Shown piece by piece: positions 1-12,608 of a stretch of DNA of 64,000 nucleotides. The position numbers were made by a program, and so were the translations under genes. Source of the stretch: Laetmonice hystrix. Taxonomy: Eukaryota. The stretch's first letter is position 1. Each line of letters starts with the position of its first letter. Under the pieces are notes generated by a model. The model was not told the origin of the DNA, did no database searches, and saw only the letters and a program-made list of their open reading frames with translations. Location of the stretch: assembly GCA_965235115.1 (NCBI GenBank), contig OZ249436.1, positions 8,496,001 to 8,560,000 of the forward strand. The letters run 5' to 3'.

Positions 1-1422
1 TAAGCCGTGGTTTATCATTCAGGCTATGTGACTATTGAGAATGTGAGAAGATCACTTCCATACGTTCGGTGATGTGAATACTGCGTTCCGTCAATAAGCC
101 AATCATACCGCAACTGTTGTATCTGCTAAACAATTTTCAATGAGTAAAATCTGCTAATGACGCTACAGCGAATCGCGGCAACGAAAAGTTGTGTTTTGTG
201 GGCATGAAAATGCTTCGGGCGGTAATGTGGTTCGGCGTAGACAGAGAGGACATGTCGTGTTCTCTTGTTTCAGGAGGTTGGCGTATATATACATTGTATA
301 ATAGCAATGTGCTAAACAGACCCGTTCTCCAATCTTGTAGTAAGCTGTCAAAGCAACCATGGATTCAGTAGTCGCATGAATGTCTACAACATAATCTGAT
401 ACTATAGGATAAACTACGCCCATCGCTCACTGCGACTTGATCTGGCATGTATACGTCACCGCTGGCACGGCTCCATACTCTCAGCATGTCATACTCCCTC
501 ATCTAAATACCGGTCCTTATCAAGTTACCAATTTGATATGGATCCACTATGAGTTCGGTCTTTCAAACCAAAGTTTTTCTTCTCTCGTATTGCATTGAAA
601 CTGCATTCACCGGAGATTCCTTTTTTTTTTTGAAAGATTACCGCCCATATTTTATAGCCATTTCAGTCACCCTATACCTCTTAAATCATGCTCTTCTCCC
701 AACCACGTCATAAACCAACAACGTTATGCAAGGTCATGGTAACCATATACTGGACAGATGGACGGGAGGTCATGCAGTTTCTATATCCGTGTATACACGT
801 CAGTCAGACATCTGAGATGTCGACTCTGACGAGTGATTACCTCAAAGCCAAACGTGCTGTAGAAACAAGACACTGTTGAACTATATGCATACATTTATAC
901 TTAATACGTACACGTTGTACATTCGTTTAAAGGAGCTTCTCTCTGTTTCTAAGCTCAAATAAGGCGTAGTTGTTGATCAATATGTGAGGCTATTCTCTGG
1001 AAGTCCCTTGAAGTCCCATTTACTCCTGTTTTTAGTCTAATCGTCACAGTTGAGAGAGGGTTATACTATCACGTTGCTTTCTCTCCTGCCAAAGACGATT
1101 AACGTTGTTAGTGTCGGTAACATTGGTAAAATAAGGTCCTCAACGTTCTTGGACTTCAGCGCTGCTGGTTCCAATCCCCTAAGTGCCAGCGCAATAGACG
1201 TCCTTCTGTGCTCTACAACTGGAGAATCAAAGACCCCGGTAGGTTGAGATAAATCTCCGACATTTAACAACAAAGGTAGAGCAAAGAGAGCTGGTAGTAT
1301 GTTTTTATCTCACCCTTCCAACCCCTCACTCCCTCGACCCTTCCAACCCCTCACTCCCTCGGACAGTGAAGAGCGGGGATGGGAGTGCCTTATAATGTAC
1401 AGGTCGGCACAGAGGTCTGGAT

Positions 1423-1424
<2 letters not shown>

Positions 1425-1462
<38 letters not shown>

Positions 1463-1478
1463 GGGGAGGGAGAGAGAC

Positions 1479-1548
<70 letters not shown>

Positions 1549-1631
1549 GGGAGAGAGACAGGGAGAGAGAGAGACAGGCAGAGAGAGTGAGGGAGAGAGA
1601 AAGACGGGGAGAGAGAGAGAGAGGGAGAGAG

Positions 1632-1690
<59 letters not shown>

Positions 1691-1775
1691 TGAGGGAGAG
1701 AGACAGGGAGAGAGAGACAGGCAGAGAGAGTGAGGGAGAGAGAAAGACGGGGAGAGAGACAGAGAGACAGAGAGG

Positions 1776-1830
<55 letters not shown>

Positions 1831-1835
1831 GGGGG
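1425..1835. repeat. (GA)n polypurine microsatellite with an internal ~70-bp duplication
   Basis: Near-pure GA run; an interrupted block at ~1543-1615 recurs at ~1687-1757. Confidence 0.97.
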
Positions 1836-2997
1836 ATCACGATCGAAGTCGCAGGTGATTGCACGAACACACAACAATAACAACGCACGTCTCCTCTCCT
1901 ATCTCCAGTCTTCCATTCAACAAAATCCGATTCGCTCGTTTATTGATTTCACATATTCTTAAAACTGGAACATAGCAGGTTTGAAAGTCCTGTATTTTGA
2001 GAGCGAGCCGGAAAAAAATCCTGGCGATGGATCAGGTTAGGTTACTTTGACGTCATGCGTTACGCGTGGACGTGCGACCGCCAAGCTTTGGCCGGCTCTC
2101 GGGGTCAGCTGTAATTGTAAAGACTCGATATTCAGGCTTATTCATTGCCAAAACTAACGATGTTGTTATTTACTGGAGGGATTCCACACGAACCGTATAC
2201 CTGGAGTTAATGGCGGAATGGCGGCAATCCTTGCGTGATTCGGTTTGAATCTGGGAGCTCATTCGTCTCGCCTACACAAGCCAACACCTGCCGTATGCCA
2301 CAGAATGGGGGATGGCAGCCGCACATCGCCAACACTGCCCAAGTGTCGGCACTGTGACGTATTCAAACTGCTGCAAGGAGTTATGCCTAGTTAAAGACAA
2401 ACTAAAGCTGCTCGGGTTCAATACAGAATACCGCATAATGTTTTCAAGCAATTATCAGTTACAATTAATAGCAGCATCGGATTATTATCAATATTAAATT
2501 AAAAATGGTACACCACACGGTGACGACTCATTTCTATCGATCGATAACAATGAAAGGACAGAGAACAGTTGGTCGATTCTTGTGACCATCCAAGTATACG
2601 TGTGCAAAGAAAATCATTAGCTGAAATTATGCAAGAGTCGAAAACAATTCCTAATTTTGATGTAAAAGATTGTAGGCGAATTAACACATTTATCAGGCTG
2701 GATATTGTCCCATAATACGGATAAACCATAAGATGGATAAAAATGGCTTCAATGTATTCACTTGTTATGGAAAGGACAACTGATATAAGAGAGTTGTGTA
2801 TTATGACACTGACGGTTCCGATAATCGCTGAGTTGTCATCATTATTATCTTTCTCCTTCCAAGCATCAGTAAACCAATATCATTCTCATTTCTTCTCTCA
2901 GTGGTCTACAGTTACAGGTGCTGGGAAGAAACTGAAGCATCAATAACAATCTATCAACCGAATCCTTGTTTAGGGGGTTGCACCATGAGAGTATGTG

Positions 2998-3227
2998 TCA
3001 GCAGATATCTAAACGTGATAGTAGTCATCATCACCATTATCATCAGCAGATATCTAAACGTGATAGCAGTCATCATCACCATTATCATCAGCAGATATCT
3101 GAACGTGATAGCAGTCACCATCACCATTATCATCAGCAGATTTCTAAACGTGATAGTAGTCATCATCACCATTATCATCAGCAGATATCTAAACGTGATA
3201 GCAGTCACCATAACCATTATCATCACT
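2998..3227. repeat. 45-bp minisatellite, 5 copies
   Basis: GCAGATATCT-like starts at 3001, 3046, 3091, 3136 and 3181. Confidence 0.95.
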
Positions 3228-4414
3228 ATCGTGTCCTCGTCCCATTTACTTTTATTAATGATCCAAATACGGGGCATTATGAATAAGTAAATTGATCGGT
3301 GCTAATTTGTCATTGCGTTCTAAATTAGAGTAGACATCTTCGTTAATAGTTTAGAGGAGTCAAACGTTGGTACATGGCTATTTTTGAAGACCTGTCTGCC
3401 GCACATTCGAGAATGACTTTCCTCAATCTTCCAAAATTAATTAGAAGTGAGGTGCTTAGCCCTCAGCGAACCAAAGTCATATTGCCTTATGTCTTATTTG
3501 TGTGTGGATGTCAGTGGAGGCTGGAATATGTTCGTCTTGAGCTAGGGCTCATTAAGGGCCGCTAATTGCCCAAATGATATCACATACTGACTGTCTTCTC
3601 ACTTTCTGGACCCAGTGACGGGCAGGCGCCCTTATCGCTTCCAAGAGTTAAGGCTCGCGGATATAAGGCGCTCACGTCCCATACACACGCCCATATATTT
3701 TTGAAGCTTGGCACGTCATTTCTGACAAGGCTGTCTGACCGTGTCAGCAGGTGAGGTGTCGGATTCACGATGGAACTCGGCTCGACCTGTCAAAGTATCT
3801 CAACAATAAACTAAGCCGATTTACGGTAATCATAAACCTCTTTTCGTGTGAGCTAATCTAGTATGATGAATGTCTTCTTGGCCGTCACTATATCATACTT
3901 TCCATGTGCTACTTGATTCGGTAAATTGTCATGATCATCCTCACATACATCCCAGTCAACCTTGTTTAACGACGCGTCGACACTCAATATTCATCTCTGT
4001 CGGCCCTGTCAGGTGTCATCCGTGATACAATACGTCTTCTATACGTGTATGGCCTGGGGGGAAGGTCTCCTTGATTTGCCCTGTGCTGTGGATGCGACTA
4101 CTAGTAGAATGCCCACCAGTCACGACTACCGGTAACTTGGGTGAGCTAAACTGAGCAGCCTTCAGGCTGGGTCGGTAGCCTACATTGTGCTGACCTTTAC
4201 CCAAATTGATGCTGTCAGGCGCCGTAATCAACATACATTCAGATCGAGGCTGTACAGGCCTGGGTCGGGGCAGACGGTTTGGACCGGGCGATGACCCTTG
4301 GTCGGGATCAAGATGTGCCCCCACACAGGGAACAGTGGCGCCACCTTTCGCTGCCCATGTATTCGTCCCCTGGTACCAGCCTGGTAACAAAACAGGCCCA
4401 GGTGAACTCTAAAA

Positions 4415-5205
4415 ACGTCAGCTAAACTGGGACCTATTGAACCGTGTAGACCCCTCAACACCTCGCCTCTAACACCTTCAGCTAGATTGGGACCCATTGA
4501 ACAATGTAGACCCCTGAACACCTCGCATCTGTCAGCGCCAGGTCCCGGCTAGACTGGGGCCTATTGAACAGTGTAGACCCCGGAACACCTCGCCTCTAAA
4601 ACCGTCAGCTAGACTGGGACCTATTGGACAGTGTAGACGTCAGCTAGACTGGGACCTATTGAACAATGTAGACGTCAGTAGACTGGGACCTATTGAACAA
4701 TGTAGACGTCAGTAGACTGGGACCTATTGAACAATGTAGACGTCAGCTCGACTGGGACCTATTTGATAGTGTAGACGTCAGGTAGACTGGGACCTATTGA
4801 ACAGTGTAGACGTCAGCTCGACTGGGACCTATTTGATAGTGTAGACGTCAGGTAGACTGGGACCTATTGAACAGTGTAGACGTCAGCTAGACTGGGACCT
4901 ATTGAACAATGTAGACGTCAGTAGACTGGGACCTATTGAACAATGTAGACGTCAGTAGACTGGGACCTATTGAACAATGTAGACGTCAGCTCGACTGGGA
5001 CCTATTTGATAGTGTAGACGTCAGGTAGACTGGGACCTATTGAACAGTGTAGACGTCAGCTAGACTGGTACCTATTGAACAATGTAGACGTCAGTAGACT
5101 GGGACCTATTGAACAATGTAGACGTCAGTAGACTGGGACCTATTGAACAATGTAGACCCCTGAACACCTCGCATCCGTCAGCGCCAGGTCCCGGCTTGAC
5201 TGGGC
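4415..5205. repeat. 34/35-bp minisatellite (CAGCTAGACTGGGACCTATTGAACAATGTAGACGT) embedded in longer degenerate units
   Basis: About 16 short units at ~4606-5160. Longer related units flank it; 4501-4560 recurs at ~5148-5205. Confidence 0.95.
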
Positions 5206-6959
5206 AGTGAGAAGATGGATGCGGCCGGCCAATAATGGAGGGGGCTGTCGGCGGGGGCTGGTGGTGTGTGTGGGGCGGGGGGGGGGGCGGCCTGGCAAGC
5301 TGGGGGCGGGGGGGGGGGGGCGGCCTGGCAAGCTGGAAGGGGGGGGGGGGGTAAACAATATCCCCCAAGGGGTTAGCCAATCAGGACGCCCAACAACTTG
5401 CTGAATGCGGTTGTGATGTTGCCCCGGGATGTTGCCCCATCGACCATACATAGGGGCCTTACGACAGGAGTTGGCGCTGATGGCGCTGGAAACAACTAGT
5501 CTTAGAACAGAAGTACGCCCTGCCCAACCCACACCCAACCTGAACTTTGCTTTGGACTGAAAACAATGACTTGAGCATGAAGGGCCTTGCGCGATCTCGC
5601 TGGCGGGTCCACGACTATACTGTAGTCGTGTTAGATGTTTTCACCCGTCGTAAAACGATCGCGCAATAGGGTAAAACCTATTTTATCATCATGTTTATTA
5701 GTAACCCTAGACCTCTACAAGTAAAGTCTAATAGTAAAGTTTCATTTTCTATCTTGTGCCTAGATATTCATATTGATTCTGTTAGGCCTATACTCAGATG
5801 GTATTTGAGTAATTTATTCCATCATTTCTCCAGTACACTACTGTAAAATTTATTCAGTCAACCATAAGGGGGGGGGGGTATTATTGTGTACTTTCCCCTG
5901 ACGTCAAAATATACGTAGGGCCTACATCCGAAAGTCATTTTCTTTATATGCTGAAATCATTTTTCCCGGGATAATACCACGGGAAATTTCCGCTCCCAGA
6001 CACAATAATTATAGACCTACTCCGTTTATATTTACAGGAGAAGTTTTGGACATGGTCAACATTGATTGTAATATGTAATTGTAATATTGTTGAAAACCGC
6101 CCCATATGAACATGCCTCTGGTACTCCGACGGAAGGCTCTGCCCGCGCCAAACATGCATTAGAGATCTTTGACAAGGAGGAGGGCCACCCCCCGTCCATT
6201 TCCTCGTCCAGACCTAATGTTCGGGGACAGCAAGAGGCCTGGCAATGAATAATGCATTTACATGTGCACGACCTTTACCTGGCACGGACATTGTGGCAGG
6301 AGACAGGCCACGTCCATCTGTTTCTGACCTCAGCACTCAGACCGGATGCGACGGTGGCGCCGCGTCATGGCGACTCCATGTAACCTCTATAGTAGTATGT
6401 AGAAATGTCACTTTAGCGATAGCAATTTGAGAGCGTCATGAAGCACACAGCAAACTTTGATAGTGGCCACCTTGTCCGACCAGGACTATTATTAGAATGT
6501 AAATGTAAACCTACGAGGAGTGGGAACAACAATGGGACATTTATCATTGGATGATACTGTTGGTTATACGCCACGGAATAACATAAACGGCTCTCTGCCG
6601 GATGCCAGCGTGACCCATACACACAGATACACGGGCCTATGGTTCAGGACTGGTGAAAGCATCAGGTCACTTTAATTGTAAATCAGCATGATGGCAACAT
6701 CATATTGGACTGCAGTCGTTTTAAAAAGACCCTATTTGGGCATTCCTTTATTTGATTTCATTTTGTTGGCTGTTTTACGTGTACTAACCATGACTACTGG
6801 TGTGGACTGGAATGCCGAGATGGCAGACGTTATTGAGGGAGACGATCATAATGAATGGGTGGCGAGTTGAGGGTAGTTGGCGCCTGACCAGGGGTCGCTC
6901 ACTATACTGGGCGGTCGGTGGTGGGTGTGGAGTGAGGTCCATCCGTCAGCAAGAGCTTC

Positions 6960-7665
6960 CTACCACTGTTACACCACCACCACCACTGTTACACCACCAC
7001 CACCACTGTTACACCACCACCACCACTGTTACACCACTACCACTGTTACCCCACCACCACTGTTACCCCACCACTACCACTGTTACACCACCACCACTGT
7101 TACCCCACCACCACCACTGTTACACCACCACCACCACTGTTACACCACCACCACCACTGTTACACCACCACCACCACTGTTACACCACCACCACCACTGT
7201 TACACCACCACCACCACTGTTACACCACCACCACCACTGTTACACCACCGCGCCACTGTCATACCGCCACCACTGTTACACCACTACCACTGTTACACCA
7301 CCACCACCACTGTTACACCACCACCACCACTGTTACGCCACCACCACTGTTACACCACCACCACCACTGTTACACCACCACCACCACTGTTACACCACCA
7401 CCACTGTTACACCACCACCACTGTTACACCACCATCACCACTGTTACACCACCACCACTGTTACACCACCATCACCACTGTTACACCACCACCACTGTTA
7501 CACCACCACCACCACTGTTACACCACCACCACTGTTACACCACCACCACCACTGTTACACCACCACCACCACTGTTACACCACCATAACCACTGTTACAC
7601 CACCACCACTGTTACACCACCATCACCACTGTTACACCACCACCACTGTTACACCACCACCACTG
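6960..7665. repeat. (CAC)n-TGTTA 18/21-bp minisatellite
   Basis: CCACTGTTACACCACCACCA repeated with a variable number of CAC triplets. Confidence 0.97.
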
Positions 7666-10461
7666 CTGACAGGCACTCCTCCATGGATGGGACGGAGAGA
7701 TTAACATTGTCGTTTTGTGTCTGAGAGTTGATATATCTACAGGTTAAATTATTGTTTACGGGAACTGAATTGACTGCGAGCGATCTTTGGCAATTCAGAA
7801 TTCGTATCCTCGGAAGTTCGGAAGCGGCGTTGTCACAGAAACCTGACGCAGGTAACGTGTATGAGAATACTAGACTCTAATACCTTTTCAATATCTTGCT
7901 ATTCCTCACTGTAGGCCTACATGAGCACACATTAGACCCTTTATTAAGATTAAAATATATTATAAATTATAATATTGACTATACATTCTATACTATAGAG
8001 GAACGCCTATGTCTCAGTATACTCCACCAGGTTGTTTGACATGCAGGGGAAGCTATCCTCAAGAAACAATAAACGTAATTGACAGACAGTATTCACTTGT
8101 TGATACCAATTAATACAATATAGATCTATACACAGCAGTTGAATATCTTACACGGTATGTTATCCTACATAATTACATCACGACTATACATTATATTAAT
8201 ATACATTCGCGATGGCAATAAACTGACCGGCGTTTTTCCCATCCGTATGTGTATAAGCTTATATTAGATCTTCGGTGGGGCCGCAGGGGCGGGGTCAGAT
8301 CTATGCCCAAACCATGGCTTCGGCTGGAAACCGGAGCGTCACTACACACACGATGGTGAGGCAGGGCTTTAATAATTACGCGACATTTTCCTTGCACATC
8401 AATAAAACATAGGCCTATACTGCGTTTCACTTGCGGCACCTATCTACATTAGGCCTAGAGACGTAATTAATAGGCAACATTATACTCGAAAATCTAATCA
8501 CTTATAGATTCTAAATATACATTATTTGGCATTCTAATATTGTTTCACCATAGCCTATGCGAAATGCCGACATTGAACTAAGCTTTATGAATTCTCATAA
8601 TGTTTAGGTTGACATGACATCTTTGTGGGTGGGGATATCTTACCGTTCTTACCGTTTATACAAGCTGGAGCACAGAGACGATGGTCTGCCAGTTTGTGTG
8701 CGCGGCCGGCATGCCTGGTGGGCGGCCGGGCAGGGGCGGAGGCCGCCGGTATCACCGTCCCATCCGTGCCCACGCTATGTCACCTGAGGCCCCCGGCCGG
8801 CGGCTACGGCTGCCATCTCGCCTAGTTCGTCTCCCTCTTAAGTTAGAGGCAATATCGATCGACCAAGATGTACAACACATTTGACCCACAATATGGGCGC
8901 CTCTCCTGGCCTAATCGCGTTACCTGGGATCGCTTGCACAGATCACGTATTTTTGTGCGTGCTGATAAATTAATTTACGAAAGAATGGCATACGGTTATC
9001 CGTAAAGCCACGGTATCGAGGGAAAGGCTGACCTCTATGAGGGGCAGCTATAGAAGGCACATCACGACTTGCAGTACAACTGTCCGGTGTACGGTGTCTC
9101 TCAAAGGTGGAAGCTGGCTTAAAAGGGATGACTGTTGAGTGGAAAATCCGGTTCCATCCCGGGAGCCCTATAACTTACGGAAAACTGCACATCTCCTTGG
9201 ACCTTAAGTAATTCGAGAGGAAATCTATTCAAAGGGCTTAACCCAAGCCTATTTGAACGAAATGCGTTTCTTTGAAACCCGTGCAACATTTCCCAACAGG
9301 GAAATTGGCAGGAGTTCTCTAACAAGGGGGCATCTGATTAACATGCATGTTAAGACTAAGGCCCCTCATTTTCATGTTATGTTTTCATTTAGAAAGGTAG
9401 ATTAAAGTACGGATACGGGAGAACAATTACCTTGCCTTTTGTCCTCAAGCCCTATATCCCTGTAGCCTTGCCGACCCTGGCCCAATCTATGAAACTAGCA
9501 CTGATAAAGCAGTGTCTATCTGGATACGGTCCATCAACGTGCGCCTATATTATGTAAAGAATGAGCATTTGCAACCCAGAGAAAACGGAATATTATACTT
9601 CTAATTCAGAATTCAGAATTAAAGAGTTGATTTTATGACAAGTAAAACCTATTGCACATGCGCAATATGCCGCCTCGTAAAGCGCCCGAGGACTCCTGCA
9701 GGAATGACGGTGTCGGCGAGTTACCGCAGTAAGTGTCGACTTGGGACGCTTTAAACAATACCCTTGATGAATGGGCGTGGGACGCTGCCGAGTTTTTCAC
9801 ATGGACATGGGACTGATTTCTACCTTCAATAAATCAATGTTTGGTTAGAAACGTGTTGAGAAAGTTGTGGTTAATGCGCACCAGAGGGACGATTAGAACC
9901 CACTCGACTTCAATTTAATACGATATTATCACACCTGAGTAAACTCATTCAATGTGTATTTATCAAGATGGGGTGTCTGAAGCGTTTTAAAATTGTGGGC
10001 GTGGGGAGGGAGCGTGTCTGGGTAAACCAGTAGATCATGATTATGGCATATGTTTTGGGCAACCAGTATCGAAAATACACCAAAAAGTAGAGAAGCACAA
10101 GACTGAAGAGCCCCAATGTGAATATTTACTGCCAACATAACGGTCAGAACACATTCAATGAGGTACCCACGTTCCGACACCTCTATTAAAGAGACGGTCA
10201 CTTCACACCTCTTCTGCAAAATCTCTAACGCCCTGAGCGAAAGGACATTGAAGAAAGAAAAACTCGCAGGCCCCTCTGGTCCACATCTGATATCCATTAC
10301 CATACGTTATTTTGGGAAACCATGCAAGAGCGGCTGTCCTCCGAGATTTGAGTGTTTCTTGCGAGTGCTCGTAGGAAAACATCGTTCCTAATACAATGTG
10401 GCCCCAGAGAGGTGTATAATTACGATGTTTTTTGATCCCTCTTTCAGCGTCCATCCACTAC

Positions 10462-10605
10462 CTCCTCTTGGAGGTGGGCGACGTCTGTGCGACAGCTGGG
10501 TCCCAGCGTCGGTACGGGCACAGGAAGGCACAGACCGACACGGGCTGGCACACGCGCAGGCGCACAGCGTCACTTCCGCAGAGACGGACATTGATTGGCC
10601 CAAGT
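10462..10605 (-). promoter_or_regulatory. CpG-rich promoter-like region or non-coding first exon of an unidentified gene running leftwards
   Basis: CACTTCCGC (ETS), ATTGG (CCAAT) and GCGCAGGCGC (NRF1-like) motifs with local CpG enrichment, and a possible GAG|GTAGTG donor at 10462/10461. Confidence 0.35.
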
Positions 10606-11849
10606 GTCATCACATGACGAGCATCTTCCTGGAGCGAAGGCGACTCAAGATATATATCATTATAGGCAAATTCTTCTTCGCAAATTAAATGATAATCTAT
10701 TATGTATGCGACCCATAATTAATACAGTGTTGGTTTCAGGTATGTATAAATGTTGCATGACTTTTGTCCGAGGATTGAGAGCATTTCCTTTAAGGTTTTT
10801 AGTTTAGAATCAACATTCTACATTGTGTCTACAAGAACGCCTTAAAAGGTCAAAAAATCCGTCCTTGATATTATGAAACACATTGGTAACAACCTGCAAC
10901 CTATCAAAAAAAATATAGTGTCAACAAGTTGTGTGTGTGAGGGGGGAGGGCGCCCCTTCCTGCAAGACACAGTGGAAAACACAATATTGTCGATGCACAA
11001 GACTTTTTTTTCTTGCAGCCGATGTGCAAGAGAAATAGTTCTAGATTGCTTTTAAGCGCTCGGTTTTTCTAATGAAGGTCCCTGGATGCCTTATTACCGC
11101 GCTGCCCCCGATGCAGTCCTTGCAGAACTTTCTGCCCACGGCCCTTACAGTAGATCAGGTTGCCCGAGTCCCATGGGAGGCATCCATTCTACCCCCAGGT
11201 TCGATCAGTTCTTGTAAACGTCTAACATGGGTAACCTGTCACTCATCAGGAGTCGCCCCGCTGTCGAGAGCTCCGGTAAGCCAAGATTTCTATTCCATCG
11301 GACAACAGGAGCGAGTCAAACATTTAGATACATTTGATAGCGTTCGCATCCTTTATCTAAGGTGTGATGTGCGCTCTGTCCCCCCCCCCCCCCACCCCCA
11401 AGAAAAAGAAAAGAATTCCAGAAACCATCTTCTACTTGTCTGCTTTAACCGCAACGAACAACAATTTAAACAATTTAACTTTCCATAGTATGTTTTTATA
11501 AACGATTCATTAAATATATAATGCGTCATTTCACCTGTTGAGGATGGCAGTCTACATTTAATTCTATCGAAGGTCACCTTGGCTGTTTGTAATCAGCCCA
11601 TGCACACGGCGTTTATAAAATGAAAATTAAGAAAGAGGAAACCACGTAAAGATGAAGAAATGTAGAACTTTGCACAACCTGACTTTGATCCTTTCTGGAA
11701 GGACCTCGCCCATATCTTACTCATCTTTCATCCAACAAATCGTTCTCATTCTCGTCTCCTGGCGGCATCTTTATAATTACTCCACTGATACCGCGCCACG
11801 ACACACACACGGCGATATGTAATCAGGAACGTGGGCATCGTGAGCACAA

Positions 11850-11855
11850 TTTATT
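11850..11855 (-). terminator. Candidate TM2D3 polyadenylation signal AATAAA
   Basis: First AATAAA I noticed downstream of the stop codon, ~590 nt after it. Confidence 0.45.
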
Positions 11856-11898
11856 TCATGATTTCTAGAATTCCTCACATCTCTCACACGCTCTGTGT

Positions 11899-12235
11899 CC
11901 GTCATTTTGTACCCCATGCATACATTCATTGTGACGGGCTCGTTCTATACGGAACTTTCACCTCCTCGATACGCCCGTCATTTTGTATACATTGTGACGG
12001 GCTCGTTCTATACGAAACTTTCACCTCCTCGATACGCCCGTCATTTTGTACCCCATACATTCATTGTGACGGGCTCGTTCTATACGAAACTTTCACCTCC
12101 TCGATACGACCGTCATTTTGTACCCCATACATTCATTGTGACGGGCTCGTTCTATACGGAACTTTCACCTCCTCGATACGCCCGTCATTTTGTACCCCAT
12201 GTATACATTCGTTGTGACGGGCTCACTCTATACGC
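11899..12235 (-). repeat. 63-76-bp tandem repeat (~4.5 copies), each unit an inverted-repeat stem-loop, in the predicted TM2D3 3' UTR
   Basis: Unit starts at 11928, 11991, 12063, 12135 and 12211; arms TGACGGGC and GCCCGTCA. Confidence 0.9.
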
Positions 12236-12439
12236 CCGCTGTTCCGACGGCGGCACATAATAGAGTAACACACTTCTAACACCCAGCCACATACTTCTGA
12301 CACACCCTACACACTTCTAACACACAACCACATACTTCTAACACCCCATACACATTATATTAACAAACTGTACACATTATAGTTCAAACACGGCGACGTT
12401 TGCATGCACGGATCATGACAATGGAATGATGGTAAGTGC

Positions 12440-12608
12440 TCAGTATATATAGAGGGAGCCGTCGGCAGGGCCCACGTAACCAGTAGCTATGAGAACGACA
12501 TCGACCAGGGTCCACACTCCAAGACCGCCAAAACTAAACACCTTCCCGATCCCTTCACGCCACAGCCCCAGGTAAAACCGATCCGCACCGAAACCGCCGA
12601 GCGTCACG
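12440..12608 (-). CDS. TM2D3: TM2D3 terminal coding exon (TM2 domain)
   Basis: TTGCAG acceptor; encodes VTLGGFGADRFYLG...GPADGSLYIY, then TGA at 12442-12440. Confidence 0.96.

Noticed and set aside
1299..1962. RE-rich and SL-rich ORFs
   Set aside because: Translation of the GA microsatellite.
2901..3290. His-rich and hydrophobic repeat ORFs
   Set aside because: The 45-bp repeat is open in several frames on both strands; no independent coding evidence.
6800..7704. His/Pro/Thr-rich ORFs
   Set aside because: Translation of the (CAC)n minisatellite; no splice or start context.
11899..12235. Hammerhead ribozyme or SECIS interpretation of the UTR hairpins
   Set aside because: GAAA plus a hairpin is present, but there is no CUGANGA box or UH cleavage site. 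There is no SECIS geometry and no in-frame UGA in TM2D3.
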